Assembly: GCA_030372985.1 (NCBI GenBank) | Contig: JAUCQB010000088.1 | Span: 9,583-73,582, forward strand | Direction: 5' to 3' | DNA length: 64,000 bases | Source of the DNA: Phycisphaerae bacterium | GTDB taxonomy: Bacteria > Planctomycetota > Phycisphaerae > UBA1845 > PWPN01 | Part shown: one piece after another, positions 28,801-38,199 of the stretch | Layout: the number at the start of each line of letters is the position of its first letter | How positions within the stretch are numbered: the first letter of the stretch is position 1 | Made by a program: the position numbers and the translations under genes | The notes under the pieces: model-generated | What the model was told of the DNA's origin: nothing | Databases searched by the model: none | What the model saw: only the letters and a program-made list of their open reading frames with translations

Positions 28801-29778
28801 CCTGTGGTCATCGCCAACAGCCTCCTGCACGGCAACTCGGCGAGCGTGGTGGGTGGAGCGGTCTCGGGCCGGGGCAGCTCCCACGTGACCATTCGCGGTT
28901 GCACGCTGGCTGAGAATACCGCAGCACAGCGGGCCGGCGGCCTGCTGGTCTCCGACAACGGGGTAGCAGATGTCGCAAACAGTATTTTCTGGTTTAATCA
29001 TGCGTCCAGCGGGCCCCAGATGTATCTGGCCGGCGCGGCACAGCTCGCCGCCGCCTTCTGCGACGTCGAGGGGGGAGCTCAACAGGTGGCGAAAGATCCC
29101 CAGGCGACGCTGAGCTGGCGCGACAGCAATGCTTCGGCCGATCCCGACTTCATCAGCCCTGCCGGGCCGGACGGCCATCCAGCCACCTGGATGGACAACG
29201 ATTTTCACATTTCCATCCGCTCTGCCTGTCGGGACGCGGGCGACCCGCAGTTTGTGGCCGGCTTTCTCGAAACCGACATCGACGGACAACCGAGAATTCA
29301 ATCCGGCCTCGTGGATATGGGAGCTGATGAGACGCCGCGACTTGCGGACCTGAACGACGACGGCGACGTCGATGGGGACGATCAGACCGAGTTTGAGGGC
29401 TGCGCGACCGGGCCCGGCATTCCCTACCACCCGTCTTCGCTCCCGACGATCTGCCCCTTGTCGACCGACGCCCAGGGACTTCTGTGGGCGGACTTGGACG
29501 GCGACGGGGACGTCGACCAGGCCGATTTTGCAGGCCTGCTGGCGGCTTTCACCGGGCCTGCCATCCGACCGGATCTCGATCGCGACTTCGACGTGGATGA
29601 TACCGACATGCAGATCATGATGACCTGCCTGTCGGGAAGCCAGGCCCCCCAGAACGACCCAGGTTGCCGAGCCGCCGATCACGACGGCGACGAGGACGTC
29701 GACCAGACCGATTTCGGACTGCTGCAAAGGTGCTTGAGCGGCGATGGCATCATGGCTGATCCCACATGCGCAGAATGA
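25897..29778 (+). CDS. Secreted gingipain-like (peptidase C25 fold) protein with beta-helix region and tandem dockerin-like C-terminal repeats (1,293 aa)
   Basis: The ATG at 25897 gives MRKVAIIPASFLALAIWLS, a signal peptide. C25-family landmarks are present (YLLITSSALAPAFQPLVDRR, WVALGGSESVVPPRYV, DLYYGCLDGDWNADMDDTYGE, VWVGRIPAQT, GGAVAYVGATR). Beta-helix repeats (SGGAIY, GGGIDVY, VGGAVSG) occupy about 28560-29000. The EF-hand-like DxDxDGDVDxxDF repeats occupy 29338-29775. Confidence 0.8.
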   Translation: MRKVAIIPASFLALAIWLSNESPGGTLSASWNTALDQLSLTDEGSYTRVQLEGATVPGQAPGLPSLPSRLVYLVVPPGAVVTDLRLTATETPVAAGIVVYPSQPDRTPDDPAADFIEPDAAVFGWNPVYPAQIGTLVGTSWLGGYQLAVVRLNPVRYDSGRRELLLAASITATLSYEETDAPSDAAVSVPDTARQRVLDLVSNPQDVDRFSPMYQEEGLPSADTRRPSPIITAGDGTAIYLLITSSALAPAFQPLVDRRTLQGKTGQLVTIETIQTAFAGVDLPDKIRNCVRQYYQNHGTAWVALGGSESVVPPRYVEGNIPVDLYYGCLDGDWNADMDDTYGEAQVDNTDLSPEVWVGRIPAQTSAQATAYVNKVERFENTPPGGFSGSMLIGSNLSWFMSGLARPIGYDDHDPVAESEAPMRNLYRNVIQPYWQAMPLDLLFTTYSTWDTTACGDYGVTPEHMTARLNWGYHYVYLWGSSNGSSGAGLDAAMGAALTNSNRPSIMYVTASSTAAYDQQEPCISEAFLRNANGGAVAYVGATRSAASTDYHATLFFKEVFQNRLPTVGEAFGTAMMKEAPYRIYKDNWRSWYLSLCLHGDPAISFKEAESGRHLQIISPNGCEILPDNGDMLIRWNASGTGFSADEMVKLQYSADGGTTWLPVPGAQERPFNSRIFIWEGHQLPAGTRYRVRVVSLSSPTVYDSSTRDFTIGPLYILTVQSTPNTNLLVTGTHPNYTNYTYSMLLSRPIELTAPVVSGYNFSRWAGANGNTLTYDSTLRFTCQGNKTTTAEYASPVGSRSYYVNDDIPESGFAPGNDDNDGLSPLRPIRHIQQVFNRYADVAAVYVSAGVFEENLQISRSYSNLVIEGAYGGRTVIDGGSVGRCLTLTGVGSCTLRGLTLRNGWADTGGAIRTTAYAVQLSRCEIMSSTATNSGGAIYVGGVSLNVSNSVLAGNASPIGGGIDVYHSPVVIANSLLHGNSASVVGGAVSGRGSSHVTIRGCTLAENTAAQRAGGLLVSDNGVADVANSIFWFNHASSGPQMYLAGAAQLAAAFCDVEGGAQQVAKDPQATLSWRDSNASADPDFISPAGPDGHPATWMDNDFHISIRSACRDAGDPQFVAGFLETDIDGQPRIQSGLVDMGADETPRLADLNDDGDVDGDDQTEFEGCATGPGIPYHPSSLPTICPLSTDAQGLLWADLDGDGDVDQADFAGLLAAFTGPAIRPDLDRDFDVDDTDMQIMMTCLSGSQAPQNDPGCRAADHDGDEDVDQTDFGLLQRCLSGDGIMADPTCAE

Positions 29779-30001
29779 ACCTGCTCATCCGCCCAACCAA
29801 CCTGAACGCCGGCCGGCGTGTCCGTATCACGAAGACTCGATGGCACGGCGGTTGCCATGGATGGTGCCGAGGGGCTACGATATCACCGTTCGGCAGGACA
29901 AGGCCTCGATCGGGTCAACATCCTCAGGGGCCAGACAATCGGGCTCCGACGGGACAGCGACCGCCCTGCCACTGAGCAACCCGGCCGCGTGGGTGTGATA
30001 G

Positions 30002-30850
30002 ATGCCGAAGGAAAGACTGCAAAAGGTGCTCGCGGCGACGGGGCTGGCCTCGCGAAGAGAATGCGAACAGATCATTCTCGACGGGCGTGTGTCGGTCAAC
30101 GGATGCAAGGTCGACTCGTTGCCGGTGCTGGTTGACCCTGAGGTTGACAAGATCGCCGTCGATGGTCGGCCACTCCGGGCCGAGCGCAAGGTCTACTTCC
30201 TGTTGCACAAACCCAAGGGTGTGCACTGCACGAATTACGACCCTGACGGACGGCCGCGGGCCGTGGATCTGCTCGGCGGCGTCCGCGAGCGAGTCTTCCC
30301 CGTCGGACGGCTGGATGCGGATACGACCGGCCTGCTGCTGATGACCAATGACGGGGAACTGGCCCAGCAATTAACCCATCCTCGCCACGGCATTCCCAAG
30401 ACCTACCGAGCCCATGTCAATGGGCGGGTCACTTCGGAGCAACTGGAAGACCTCCGAAAGGGCGTCTGGCTGGCCGAGGGCAAAACGCGGGTATCCGAGG
30501 CCACCATCATCCACGCCGCCCGCGACCAGAGCGTGGTCGAGATCACGCTACGCGAGGGGCGAAACCGCGAGGTCCGGCGGATTCTGGCCAAGATCGGCCA
30601 CGCGGTCCGAAAGCTGATCCGCATTCGCATCGGCCCGCTGTCGCTGCGCGGCCTGGGACCGGGAGAGTTCCGGCCTCTCAGTTCCTCAGAAGTTCACCTT
30701 CTGAAGAAATACAGGCCTCCACCGCCGCGTGCGATGAAGGGCAGGCCGGTGCCAGCCGGGACGCGTCGGTCCGCATCGGAAGAGTCCCGAAACCGGCCAA
30801 GGCACCGGGAACCGGGGCGAAGGGCACCTCGGAGAAGCTCGACCGACTGA
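30002..30850 (+). CDS. rluB: RsuA/RluB-family pseudouridine synthase with S4 domain and basic C-terminal tail
   Basis: It carries MPKERLQKVLAATGLASRRECEQIILDGRVSVNG (S4 domain), the catalytic GRLDADTTGLLLMTNDG motif and an Arg/Pro-rich tail. The assignment within RsuA/RluB/RluF is tentative. Confidence 0.82.
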   Translation: MPKERLQKVLAATGLASRRECEQIILDGRVSVNGCKVDSLPVLVDPEVDKIAVDGRPLRAERKVYFLLHKPKGVHCTNYDPDGRPRAVDLLGGVRERVFPVGRLDADTTGLLLMTNDGELAQQLTHPRHGIPKTYRAHVNGRVTSEQLEDLRKGVWLAEGKTRVSEATIIHAARDQSVVEITLREGRNREVRRILAKIGHAVRKLIRIRIGPLSLRGLGPGEFRPLSSSEVHLLKKYRPPPPRAMKGRPVPAGTRRSASEESRNRPRHREPGRRAPRRSSTD

Positions 30851-30917
30851 CGCCCCTCTCGCCTGATCATCAAACACAGGGGCCCCCGTTCACGACGAGG
30901 CCCGGAGGACCCAACAC

Positions 30918-32177
30918 GTGACCGAACAGATCACCAGACGCAAACTCCTGAAACACGGCGCCGCAGCAGTCGCGTCGGCGGCGATCCTCCCGGGCTGTAT
31001 GCAATCCGCAAGGCTCACCTTGACCGGTGACCATCCGGCCACGGCGCCAAGCCACCCGGATTCGCCCGACAAGGTCGTCCTGGGCCTGTTTCCACGCGAT
31101 GGCGAATCGAATTCCCGGATGGCGGTCCGAGAGGTCTGCCGAAAACTGGACTGGTCGTGGCTGCGGCGAGGCGATTCGGTTTTCGTGAAGCTGTCGTCGA
31201 ACTCGGGAGATGTGCACCCGGCCGCGACCTCGCCCAACGCCGTGCGCGGGATCGTGGCCGAACTGTTGGACCGCGGGGCCGGGCGCGTGCTCGTCGGGGA
31301 TCAGGGCGGTGTGGAATACGTTCGCTTGGCCAAGGGAGACAAACGGCACGGCTCGACGGAGGCCCTGATGCGAAAGAACGGCCTGCACGAGGCGATCGTG
31401 GATTCCGGCGCCCGGCCGTATGCCTTCGACGAGTACGGCTACGAGACGGGGTATTTTCAGGCCTCGTTGCCACTTGGCGACTCGCACTGGCGCGAGCCGC
31501 CGTATGTCGCCAAGGTCATTCGCGAGGTCGATCACATCATCTACCTGCCGCGACTCGCGTCCCACGTTCTCGCCGGGTACACGCATGGCCACAAAATCGC
31601 GGTCGGCTGGCTGCGCGACGACAGCCGGTTTCAGATGCACTTCGAGGCCGGCAGCTTTCACGAAAAGTACGTCGAGGTCAACTACATACCGGACATTCGC
31701 GAACGCCTGCGACTGGTCATCACGCTGGCCGAGCAGGTGCTGCTCAACGTCGGCCCAGATGTCGGCACGATCGCCACACCCGATTCCTGGATCGTCATCG
31801 CCTCGTCGCGGCTGGCCAACCACGACGCCGTGTCGGTCGCCGTGCTGGCCTACGTCGACGGCAAGACGCCGGACGGCGTGCATTTCATTCCGCCGGCCTA
31901 CGGCAGCCTGTCAAACTTCGCCAACTGGACGTTTCTCTCTCAGATCGTTCCCGTGCACACGGGCATCCCCTGGGGCAAGCCGCGGATGCTGAGCTACCAG
32001 AGGCTTCGAACTCACCGCTATCAGACCGGCATTGCCTCCGACCTGGCCCTGTCGAGGGCATATCAGATCCTCGGCGGCAGGCCCACAAGCATTCCGGTCC
32101 ACAGCGCCGGTCGGGCCCCCGACGCGGAGTTTCGCACGTTCCTCAGAGCCTATGGGAACGGCGTGCTGAAAGTGTGA
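30918..32177 (+). CDS. Tat-signal lipoprotein, DUF362-like
   Basis: The GTG at 30918 is preceded by GGAGGA. The twin-arginine signal is TRRKLLKHGAAAVASAAILPGC. The body (VFVKLSSNSGDVHPAATSPNAVRGIVAELLDRGAGRVLVGDQGG) resembles DUF362 proteins. The functional call is weak. Confidence 0.5.
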   Translation: MTEQITRRKLLKHGAAAVASAAILPGCMQSARLTLTGDHPATAPSHPDSPDKVVLGLFPRDGESNSRMAVREVCRKLDWSWLRRGDSVFVKLSSNSGDVHPAATSPNAVRGIVAELLDRGAGRVLVGDQGGVEYVRLAKGDKRHGSTEALMRKNGLHEAIVDSGARPYAFDEYGYETGYFQASLPLGDSHWREPPYVAKVIREVDHIIYLPRLASHVLAGYTHGHKIAVGWLRDDSRFQMHFEAGSFHEKYVEVNYIPDIRERLRLVITLAEQVLLNVGPDVGTIATPDSWIVIASSRLANHDAVSVAVLAYVDGKTPDGVHFIPPAYGSLSNFANWTFLSQIVPVHTGIPWGKPRMLSYQRLRTHRYQTGIASDLALSRAYQILGGRPTSIPVHSAGRAPDAEFRTFLRAYGNGVLKV

Positions 32178-32413
32178 GATGCCTGGTGGACCAGCCGAAC
32201 GCGCCGGTCCCAAGTGAGCAGGATCGCGTCGTTGCCGAGACGGTCAGACATGCGGCCTTGATGATCGCTCCCTCACCTGCAAGAAGCGGGTGAGGCACCC
32301 GCCGTCTCCGGGTCAAGCGATCCGACAGCGCGCGCACACGGACGACGAACCGGGCATCGCCGCAGTGGTACGAAGCCCCTGAACGGCTGCTGGGATTGGG
32401 TGGCTAATATATC

Positions 32414-34729
32414 CTAGTCCTGGTTCTGGAGTTCGTCGATATAACCGGTCATGCCCGTGCTGATGTTCGCGGCATTGCCTTCGTCGGTATCGATATGCAT
32501 GGCCAGCCGGAAGCTCGGGTCCACGCGTACGCGCACGTCGCCGAAGACCAGCTCACGGGTCCCGGGCACGCGCACTCGTACGGTGAACTTGTCGCGCACG
32601 CCATAGCGAAGCGCATCCTCGGGCGTCATGTGAATGTGACGCATGGCGCAGATCACGCCCTTGTCGATGGTGATGTTCCCGGCGGCGCCTTCCAGGGTGA
32701 TGCCGGGCGTGTCCTTCAGGTCGCCGGACTCGCGGATGGGCGGGTGGATGCCGAGCTTGAACTGCTCGGTCATCGCGATCTCGACCTGAGTGAACTTGCG
32801 GACCGGTCCCAGAACGCGAACCCGCTCGACACGGCCGCGCGGGCCCACCAGGGTCACCTGCTCCTGGCAGGCGTATTGCCCCGGCTGCGACAGGTCGCTC
32901 TGCCGCGTCAGCTGATGACCGGCCCCGAACAGGGCCTCGACGTGCTCCTGGGTAAGGTGAACGTGGTGAGCCGACACTTCGATGGGAATCGGCTCCTGCC
33001 GCTGCGCTTCGAGGGCCCGCTTGATGTACGTGCGGCTGAGGGCCCGCAGGGACTCGCGGGCAATCATGCGCTCTTCGTCCGTGGGCACGACCAGCACGGT
33101 GACTGGCGAATCGTCGGTCGAGATGCGGCGAATCTCCTCGCACGCATGGGCTTCGCGGTTGCGCTGCTCGTCCAGAATGATCCCCATACAGCGCAAACCC
33201 TGCAGGGCCACGGCGCGGACCCGGGCGCTGCCCTGCCCGATCCCGGCGGTGAAGATGATCACGTCCAGGCCGCCCATGGCAGCGACGTACGCCCCAATGT
33301 ACTTACGCAATCGATAGCAGAATGCCTTGAGCGCCAAGAGCGCCCGATGGTTGCCCTCGTGCGCGGCCCGCTCGACTTCACGCATGTCGGACGAGATGCC
33401 CGACAGTCCCAACAGCCCGCTCTTGCGGTTGAGCAGGTTGTCGATCTGATCGGCGGTCAGTCCTTCTTCCCGTTCAAGGAATACCAGCACCCCCGGGTCG
33501 ATGTCGCCCCCGCGGGTACCCATGATCAGGCCCTCGGCCGGGGTCAACCCCATCGAGGTATCGACTGAGCGGCCGTGATCCACCGCGCAGACGGAGGCGC
33601 CGTTGCCCAGGTGGCAACTGATGATCTCCAACTCGTTGACTCGTCGGCCGAGATACTGGGCGGCGGCCAGGCAGACATAGGCGTGTGAGGTACCGTGAAA
33701 CCCATAGCGCCGCACCTTCTTGCTCTCGTAGTACTCGTACGGCAGACCGTAAAGATAGGCGAACGACGGCAGGGTGTTGTGGAACGCGGTATCGAACACC
33801 GCAAAGTGAGGAACCGAAGGAAAAACTCGTTGGGCCTCTCGGATACCGAGGAGGTTGATCGGGTTATGCAGGGGTGCCAACGGGCTGAGAGTCTCGAGCT
33901 CGCGCAGCACCTCGTCGGTGATGACCGTGGTCTCAGTGAATGGCTCGCCGCCGTGAACGACCCGGTGGCCGACGACGCTGATCTCCGCGGCCCCGGAGAT
34001 AGCCCCCGTTTCTTCGGCGGTCAGTTCGGCGAACATGGCCTCGAAGGCCTCACGGTGAGTCCCTTTGGGCAGATTGCGAGCAACCTCTCCGCGCGGTCCG
34101 CGGCAGGTGTGCCGGGTGATGTCGGTGCCGATGCGATCGACCAGGCCGCGCATGTTGTTCGACTCGTTCCGGGTGTCGAAGAGGCAGTACTTGAGGGATG
34201 AGGATCCGCAGTTGACGACCAGAATCTTCTCCGGCCGTTCGCTCTTGAGACGCACGGCACACGGCTCTTCGCTCCTGCGAAAGGCGGCCATCTTGGCCGG
34301 ATCCTGCATGACCGTCTTGAACCGCTCCGAGATGGTCCTGGAGATGTGTTGGACCGCACGCGGCTCGGTCATGATGACCGACGAGAAAAGACTGACCGGC
34401 ACCAGGAGCACACTGCATCGCGTCTCGGCGATGATGTCGACCATGGTCTTCTCGCCGGTCATGAGAACCATCTCGCCGAAAGTGTCCCCCGCCTTGAGAC
34501 GGGCGACGACCTGCCGTTCGCCGGCCTCGGCAATGACCGAAGCCGAGGCCTCGCCTTCCAGCAGGACTCCGAGATGGGTCGCGTCCTCGCCGAATTCGAC
34601 AATGGCCTCGTTGGGCTCGTAGGAAACGACTTGCGAGCCGGCGACCAGTTCCGCCAACCGGTTATCCGAGAATTGCGTGAAAAGGCCGACGTTCTTTTTC
34701 AGGAAATCTGCGGTTTCAGCGCTGTCCAT
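32414..34729 (-). CDS. ackA: Tripartite fusion: cyclic-nucleotide-binding domain + acetate kinase + PduL-type phosphate acyltransferase
   Basis: - aa 10-125: Crp-type cNMP-binding domain (EFGEDATHLGVLLEGE...GDTFGEMVLM).
- aa 168-563: acetate kinase (ILVVNCGSSSLKY, HRVVHGG, VFDTAFH, YGFHGTSH, HLGNGAS, IIFTAGIG).
- aa 580-765: PduL duplicated motif (IEVSAHHVHLTQEHVEALFG ... RVLGP ... CAMRHIHMTPEDALRYG).
The ATG at 34729 is preceded by AGGAG. Confidence 0.88.
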   Translation of the reverse strand: MDSAETADFLKKNVGLFTQFSDNRLAELVAGSQVVSYEPNEAIVEFGEDATHLGVLLEGEASASVIAEAGERQVVARLKAGDTFGEMVLMTGEKTMVDIIAETRCSVLLVPVSLFSSVIMTEPRAVQHISRTISERFKTVMQDPAKMAAFRRSEEPCAVRLKSERPEKILVVNCGSSSLKYCLFDTRNESNNMRGLVDRIGTDITRHTCRGPRGEVARNLPKGTHREAFEAMFAELTAEETGAISGAAEISVVGHRVVHGGEPFTETTVITDEVLRELETLSPLAPLHNPINLLGIREAQRVFPSVPHFAVFDTAFHNTLPSFAYLYGLPYEYYESKKVRRYGFHGTSHAYVCLAAAQYLGRRVNELEIISCHLGNGASVCAVDHGRSVDTSMGLTPAEGLIMGTRGGDIDPGVLVFLEREEGLTADQIDNLLNRKSGLLGLSGISSDMREVERAAHEGNHRALLALKAFCYRLRKYIGAYVAAMGGLDVIIFTAGIGQGSARVRAVALQGLRCMGIILDEQRNREAHACEEIRRISTDDSPVTVLVVPTDEERMIARESLRALSRTYIKRALEAQRQEPIPIEVSAHHVHLTQEHVEALFGAGHQLTRQSDLSQPGQYACQEQVTLVGPRGRVERVRVLGPVRKFTQVEIAMTEQFKLGIHPPIRESGDLKDTPGITLEGAAGNITIDKGVICAMRHIHMTPEDALRYGVRDKFTVRVRVPGTRELVFGDVRVRVDPSFRLAMHIDTDEGNAANISTGMTGYIDELQNQD

Positions 34730-35067
34730 CGTGGGCTCCTGTTGTGCGCTCGACAGGTAACGAACCGTGGCATTGTCGCCGGATGAGGCGGTGCGAACAA
34801 GTGCGGCCGGTGCGGGCGTCAGCCCTGCAAGCGGTGCCGACTCCGGCAGGGATGCGGCCGGGGTCCGGTCGTGCGAGGTTATCGGGCGGCGTCGCCGGGG
34901 TAAGCGGTGCGAGCGCCGACCACCCGCTGTACCAGGCCGTCAGGAAGGCCGGCCCAAGGTCCTTTGGGTGCTTCCGGTTGGACAAAGTCGAGGAAACCCG
35001 TTAAACAAGTGATCTATTGATTTGGCAAGCACAGGGCCGGTGGGGTCGAGGGCGAGGATTGTAGCTG

Positions 35068-36474
35068 ATGCAGGCACAATTGCGTTTTCACGGAGCGGCG
35101 AAGGAAGTCACCGGTTCCATGCACCTGATCGAAGTCAACGGGGACGTCGTCTGCCTCGATTGCGGGCTGTTCCAGGGCCGGCGGGCCGAAGCCAACGCCA
35201 AGAACCGCACCCTGCCCTGCGACCCGCGGAGCATCGGAGCGGTCATCCTCACACACGCCCACGTGGACCACTGCGGCCGGCTGCCGCTGCTGGTCAAGAG
35301 CGGCTTTACGGGAGCAATCTACGCCACACCCGCAACCTGCGATCTGGCCGAGGTCCTGCTGGCCGATTCCGCACATATACAACAGGAAGATACCGAGTAC
35401 TGGAACAAGAAGCGGGTCAAGAAGGGTGATGCCCCCATCGAGCCGCTGTATTCCCAGGGGGACGTCGAGGACACGGTGAAGCTGCTTCGCCCGCGCGGTC
35501 TGCGCGAGACGTTCGACGTGCTTCCCGGCATGCGGGCCCGATTGCACGAGGCTGGTCACATGCTCGGCTCGTGCGGGGCGAAGGTCGAGGCTGACCTGAG
35601 GCCGGGCAAAACGCGATCGATCGTTTACACCGGCGACCTGGGACGCAAGGGGATGGACATCCTGCGAGACCCCGACCCGCTCCCCGAGTGCGACTACCTC
35701 ATCTGCGAGAGCACCTATGGTGGGCGACAGCACTCCCGCCCCGAAGAGATGCGCGAGGAGTTCGCGGAGATTATCAAAGAGACCGTCGCCCGCGGCGGCA
35801 AGCTCATCATCCCGTCTTTTGCCGTCGGCCGCACCCAGGTGCTGGTGTATGAGTACCACATGTGCGTCCACCAGGGGTTGATCCCCAAGGGTATTCCGCT
35901 GGTCGTGGACAGCCCTCTGGCCGTGCGGGCCACCGAAGTGTTCAGAAAGCATCCGGAGGTGTTTGACGAGGAGTCCTCGGCGTTCAATCACCTCACCGGC
36001 GATATGCTTTCCTGCGACGATTGCGAATACACGCAAGACGTCGAGGAGAGCAAGCGCCTGCACGATCGCAAGGGGCCGATGATCATCATCTCCGCAAGCG
36101 GGATGTGCGAAGTCGGCCGAATCCTGCACCATCTCAAGAACAACATCGAAAACCCGATGAACACCATTCTGATCGTCGGCTTTCAGGCGGAGAACACCCT
36201 CGGCCGGCGGCTGCTCGAGAAGGCCAGGCAAGTGAAGATCTTCGGAGAGACCTACCAGGTGAGCGCCAAGATCAAGGTCTTGACAGGGTTTTCCGCGCAC
36301 GCCAATTCGATGGAGCTGATGACCGCGGTTGAGCCGCTGGCCGATCGTCTGCGCCGCGTTTTTCTTGTCCACGGTGAAACGAGCCAATCAGAGACCCTGG
36401 CGGAGGCCATGCGCAAGAACGGCATCGCCGACGTGGTCATCCCCGAACCCGACCAGCGTTTCCCCATCGAGTAG
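35068..36474 (+). CDS. Metallo-beta-lactamase / beta-CASP family RNA-processing nuclease
   Basis: It starts LRFHGAAKEVTGSMHLIE, has the HxHxDH motif (THAHVDHCGRLP) and beta-CASP region motifs (ICESTYGGRQH, SFAVGRTQ). The C-terminal part (GFSAHAN ... LVHGE) resembles RNA-specificity domains. Confidence 0.82.
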   Translation: MQAQLRFHGAAKEVTGSMHLIEVNGDVVCLDCGLFQGRRAEANAKNRTLPCDPRSIGAVILTHAHVDHCGRLPLLVKSGFTGAIYATPATCDLAEVLLADSAHIQQEDTEYWNKKRVKKGDAPIEPLYSQGDVEDTVKLLRPRGLRETFDVLPGMRARLHEAGHMLGSCGAKVEADLRPGKTRSIVYTGDLGRKGMDILRDPDPLPECDYLICESTYGGRQHSRPEEMREEFAEIIKETVARGGKLIIPSFAVGRTQVLVYEYHMCVHQGLIPKGIPLVVDSPLAVRATEVFRKHPEVFDEESSAFNHLTGDMLSCDDCEYTQDVEESKRLHDRKGPMIIISASGMCEVGRILHHLKNNIENPMNTILIVGFQAENTLGRRLLEKARQVKIFGETYQVSAKIKVLTGFSAHANSMELMTAVEPLADRLRRVFLVHGETSQSETLAEAMRKNGIADVVIPEPDQRFPIE

Positions 36475-36526
36475 GGCTTGTGGTCCGTGCAAAGGACGGA
36501 TGGCCTGCCATCGATTCGCAGTCCGC

Positions 36527-37276
36527 TCAGCTTTGCCCGTCGATGCTCCCCACCTCGATCTGGAGCGCCTCGCGGCGTTCGATGCGCTCCACGCGACCGT
36601 CGCTGATCCACACCACACGGGTCGAGGCGGCCAACATCTTGTGATCGTGGGTAGCGCTGATGATGGTCACGCCACGCCGGCGATTGAAGGACGAGAGCAG
36701 CTCGATGATCTCCGAACCCGTCGCCGAATCGAGGTTCCCCGTCGGCTCATCGGCGAGAATGATGGCTGGGTCGTTGGCCAGGGCCCGGGCGATGGCCACA
36801 CGCTGCTGCTGGCCTCCGGAGAGCTCGAAAGGCCGGTGTTCGAGGCGATCACCGAGCCCGATCATCCTGAGTAACTCGGCGCCTTTGTCGCGAGCTTCAT
36901 CGTTGCTCAAGCCCGCAAAAATCATGGGCAAGGTGACGTTCTCCAGAGCAGTCATCACCGGAATGAGGTTGAAGGTCTGGAAGATGTAGCCGATCTTGCG
37001 GCAGCGAAGCCAGGCCAGTTCATAGACGTCGAGCTGGGCGATGTCCACCTCGTCGATATAGACCTGTCCGCTCGTGGGCTTGTCGAGGCCGCCGACCATG
37101 TTGAAAAAGGTGCTCTTGCCCGAGCCGCTGGGACCTATGATCGAGATGTACTCGCCGGCGGCGATGTCGATGGTCACGCCGCGCAACGCCTCGACCTGCT
37201 GGTCGCCCATGACGTAGACCTTCTTCACGTCGCGGGTGCGGATGATGCTGTCGGCCCCGTCAGATGGCATGCTCAC
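36527..37276 (-). CDS. ABC transporter ATP-binding protein (LolD/MacB-type)
   Basis: It has Walker A (GPSGSGKST), the signature LSGGQQQRVAIARAL and Walker B (ILADEPTGNLD). Its start overlaps the stop of the upstream permease gene. Confidence 0.9.
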   Translation of the reverse strand: MSMPSDGADSIIRTRDVKKVYVMGDQQVEALRGVTIDIAAGEYISIIGPSGSGKSTFFNMVGGLDKPTSGQVYIDEVDIAQLDVYELAWLRCRKIGYIFQTFNLIPVMTALENVTLPMIFAGLSNDEARDKGAELLRMIGLGDRLEHRPFELSGGQQQRVAIARALANDPAIILADEPTGNLDSATGSEIIELLSSFNRRRGVTIISATHDHKMLAASTRVVWISDGRVERIERREALQIEVGSIDGQS

Positions 37277-37971
37277 TCCTCGACCCTCAAGGCCTCCACC
37301 GGCTGCATCCGGGCGGCGACGTAAGCCGGGTAAATCGCCGCCAGAATGGTGATCAGCGTACCGACGACCATCGCGACGGCAAGGACCTGCAACGCATCAA
37401 TCGCCAGCGCCCCCAGCGGGATCGCCGCCGGGCCCACCGCCCATGCGATGCGAAGCGTCGCCAGGAGAATGCCCAGCGCGACCCCGACGGCGGAACCGAT
37501 CATCCCCGCAAAAGCGCTCTCCAGGAAAAACAGACGCACCACGAACGAGTCGAGAGCACCGAGACATTTCATGGTCCCGATCTCGCGGAACCGCTCGGTG
37601 ACACTCATCAGGACGGAATTGGCTATTCCGACGGTGGCCACCAGAATCGACAGGCCGGCAAGCCAGGTGTTGCGGCGCTGCTGGTTGAGCCGCGCGGTTT
37701 CGCTGCCCAGGTCGATGCCCGTGCTGCGGGCGAGGGCGAAAACGGTGTTCGTATCGCCAGTCCGGACGATCGCATCGGCCAGCCGCGCCGAGGTCATGAC
37801 GCCGGCCATAAAAGCCACCGCCAGCACCACCCCGGCCAGCGTCAGCAGCGACCGCCCCGGCCGCGTGCGGATCCCGGCCGCGCAGATGCGAACCGACTGC
37901 CCCCACGGCAGCACGACCTGCTTGCCAACATGCTGCGACGACCCGCGACCCGTTGAGTGCCCATCCGTCAT
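37273..37971 (-). CDS. Short FtsX-like ABC permease (232 aa) with minimal periplasmic loop
   Basis: TM1 is LLTLAGVVLAVAFMAGV. A loop of about 45 aa follows. The FtsX C-terminal module reads GIANSVLMSVTERFREIGTMKCLGA ... AIYPAYVAARMQPVEALR. Confidence 0.8.
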   Translation of the reverse strand: MTDGHSTGRGSSQHVGKQVVLPWGQSVRICAAGIRTRPGRSLLTLAGVVLAVAFMAGVMTSARLADAIVRTGDTNTVFALARSTGIDLGSETARLNQQRRNTWLAGLSILVATVGIANSVLMSVTERFREIGTMKCLGALDSFVVRLFFLESAFAGMIGSAVGVALGILLATLRIAWAVGPAAIPLGALAIDALQVLAVAMVVGTLITILAAIYPAYVAARMQPVEALRVEE

Positions 37972-38199
37972 TGTGTTGCGCCGGCAGTGTTGATCACCGA
38001 GGGCATTCTACTGCGGAGACCTGGGGCTGTCAGCCTCCGGAACGTCAACGAGGAGATTGAGGCAAGCGGGCGGGGTCCGCGCTCGCGGCCCATTTGAGCA
38101 TCACAAGCGACCACGCCCAAATGATCCGCCAAGGCGGACCCTGCCAGACCGATTGTCTGGTGCTGAAAGCATGCTTCCATTCGCGCAGTTCGACCGCGC

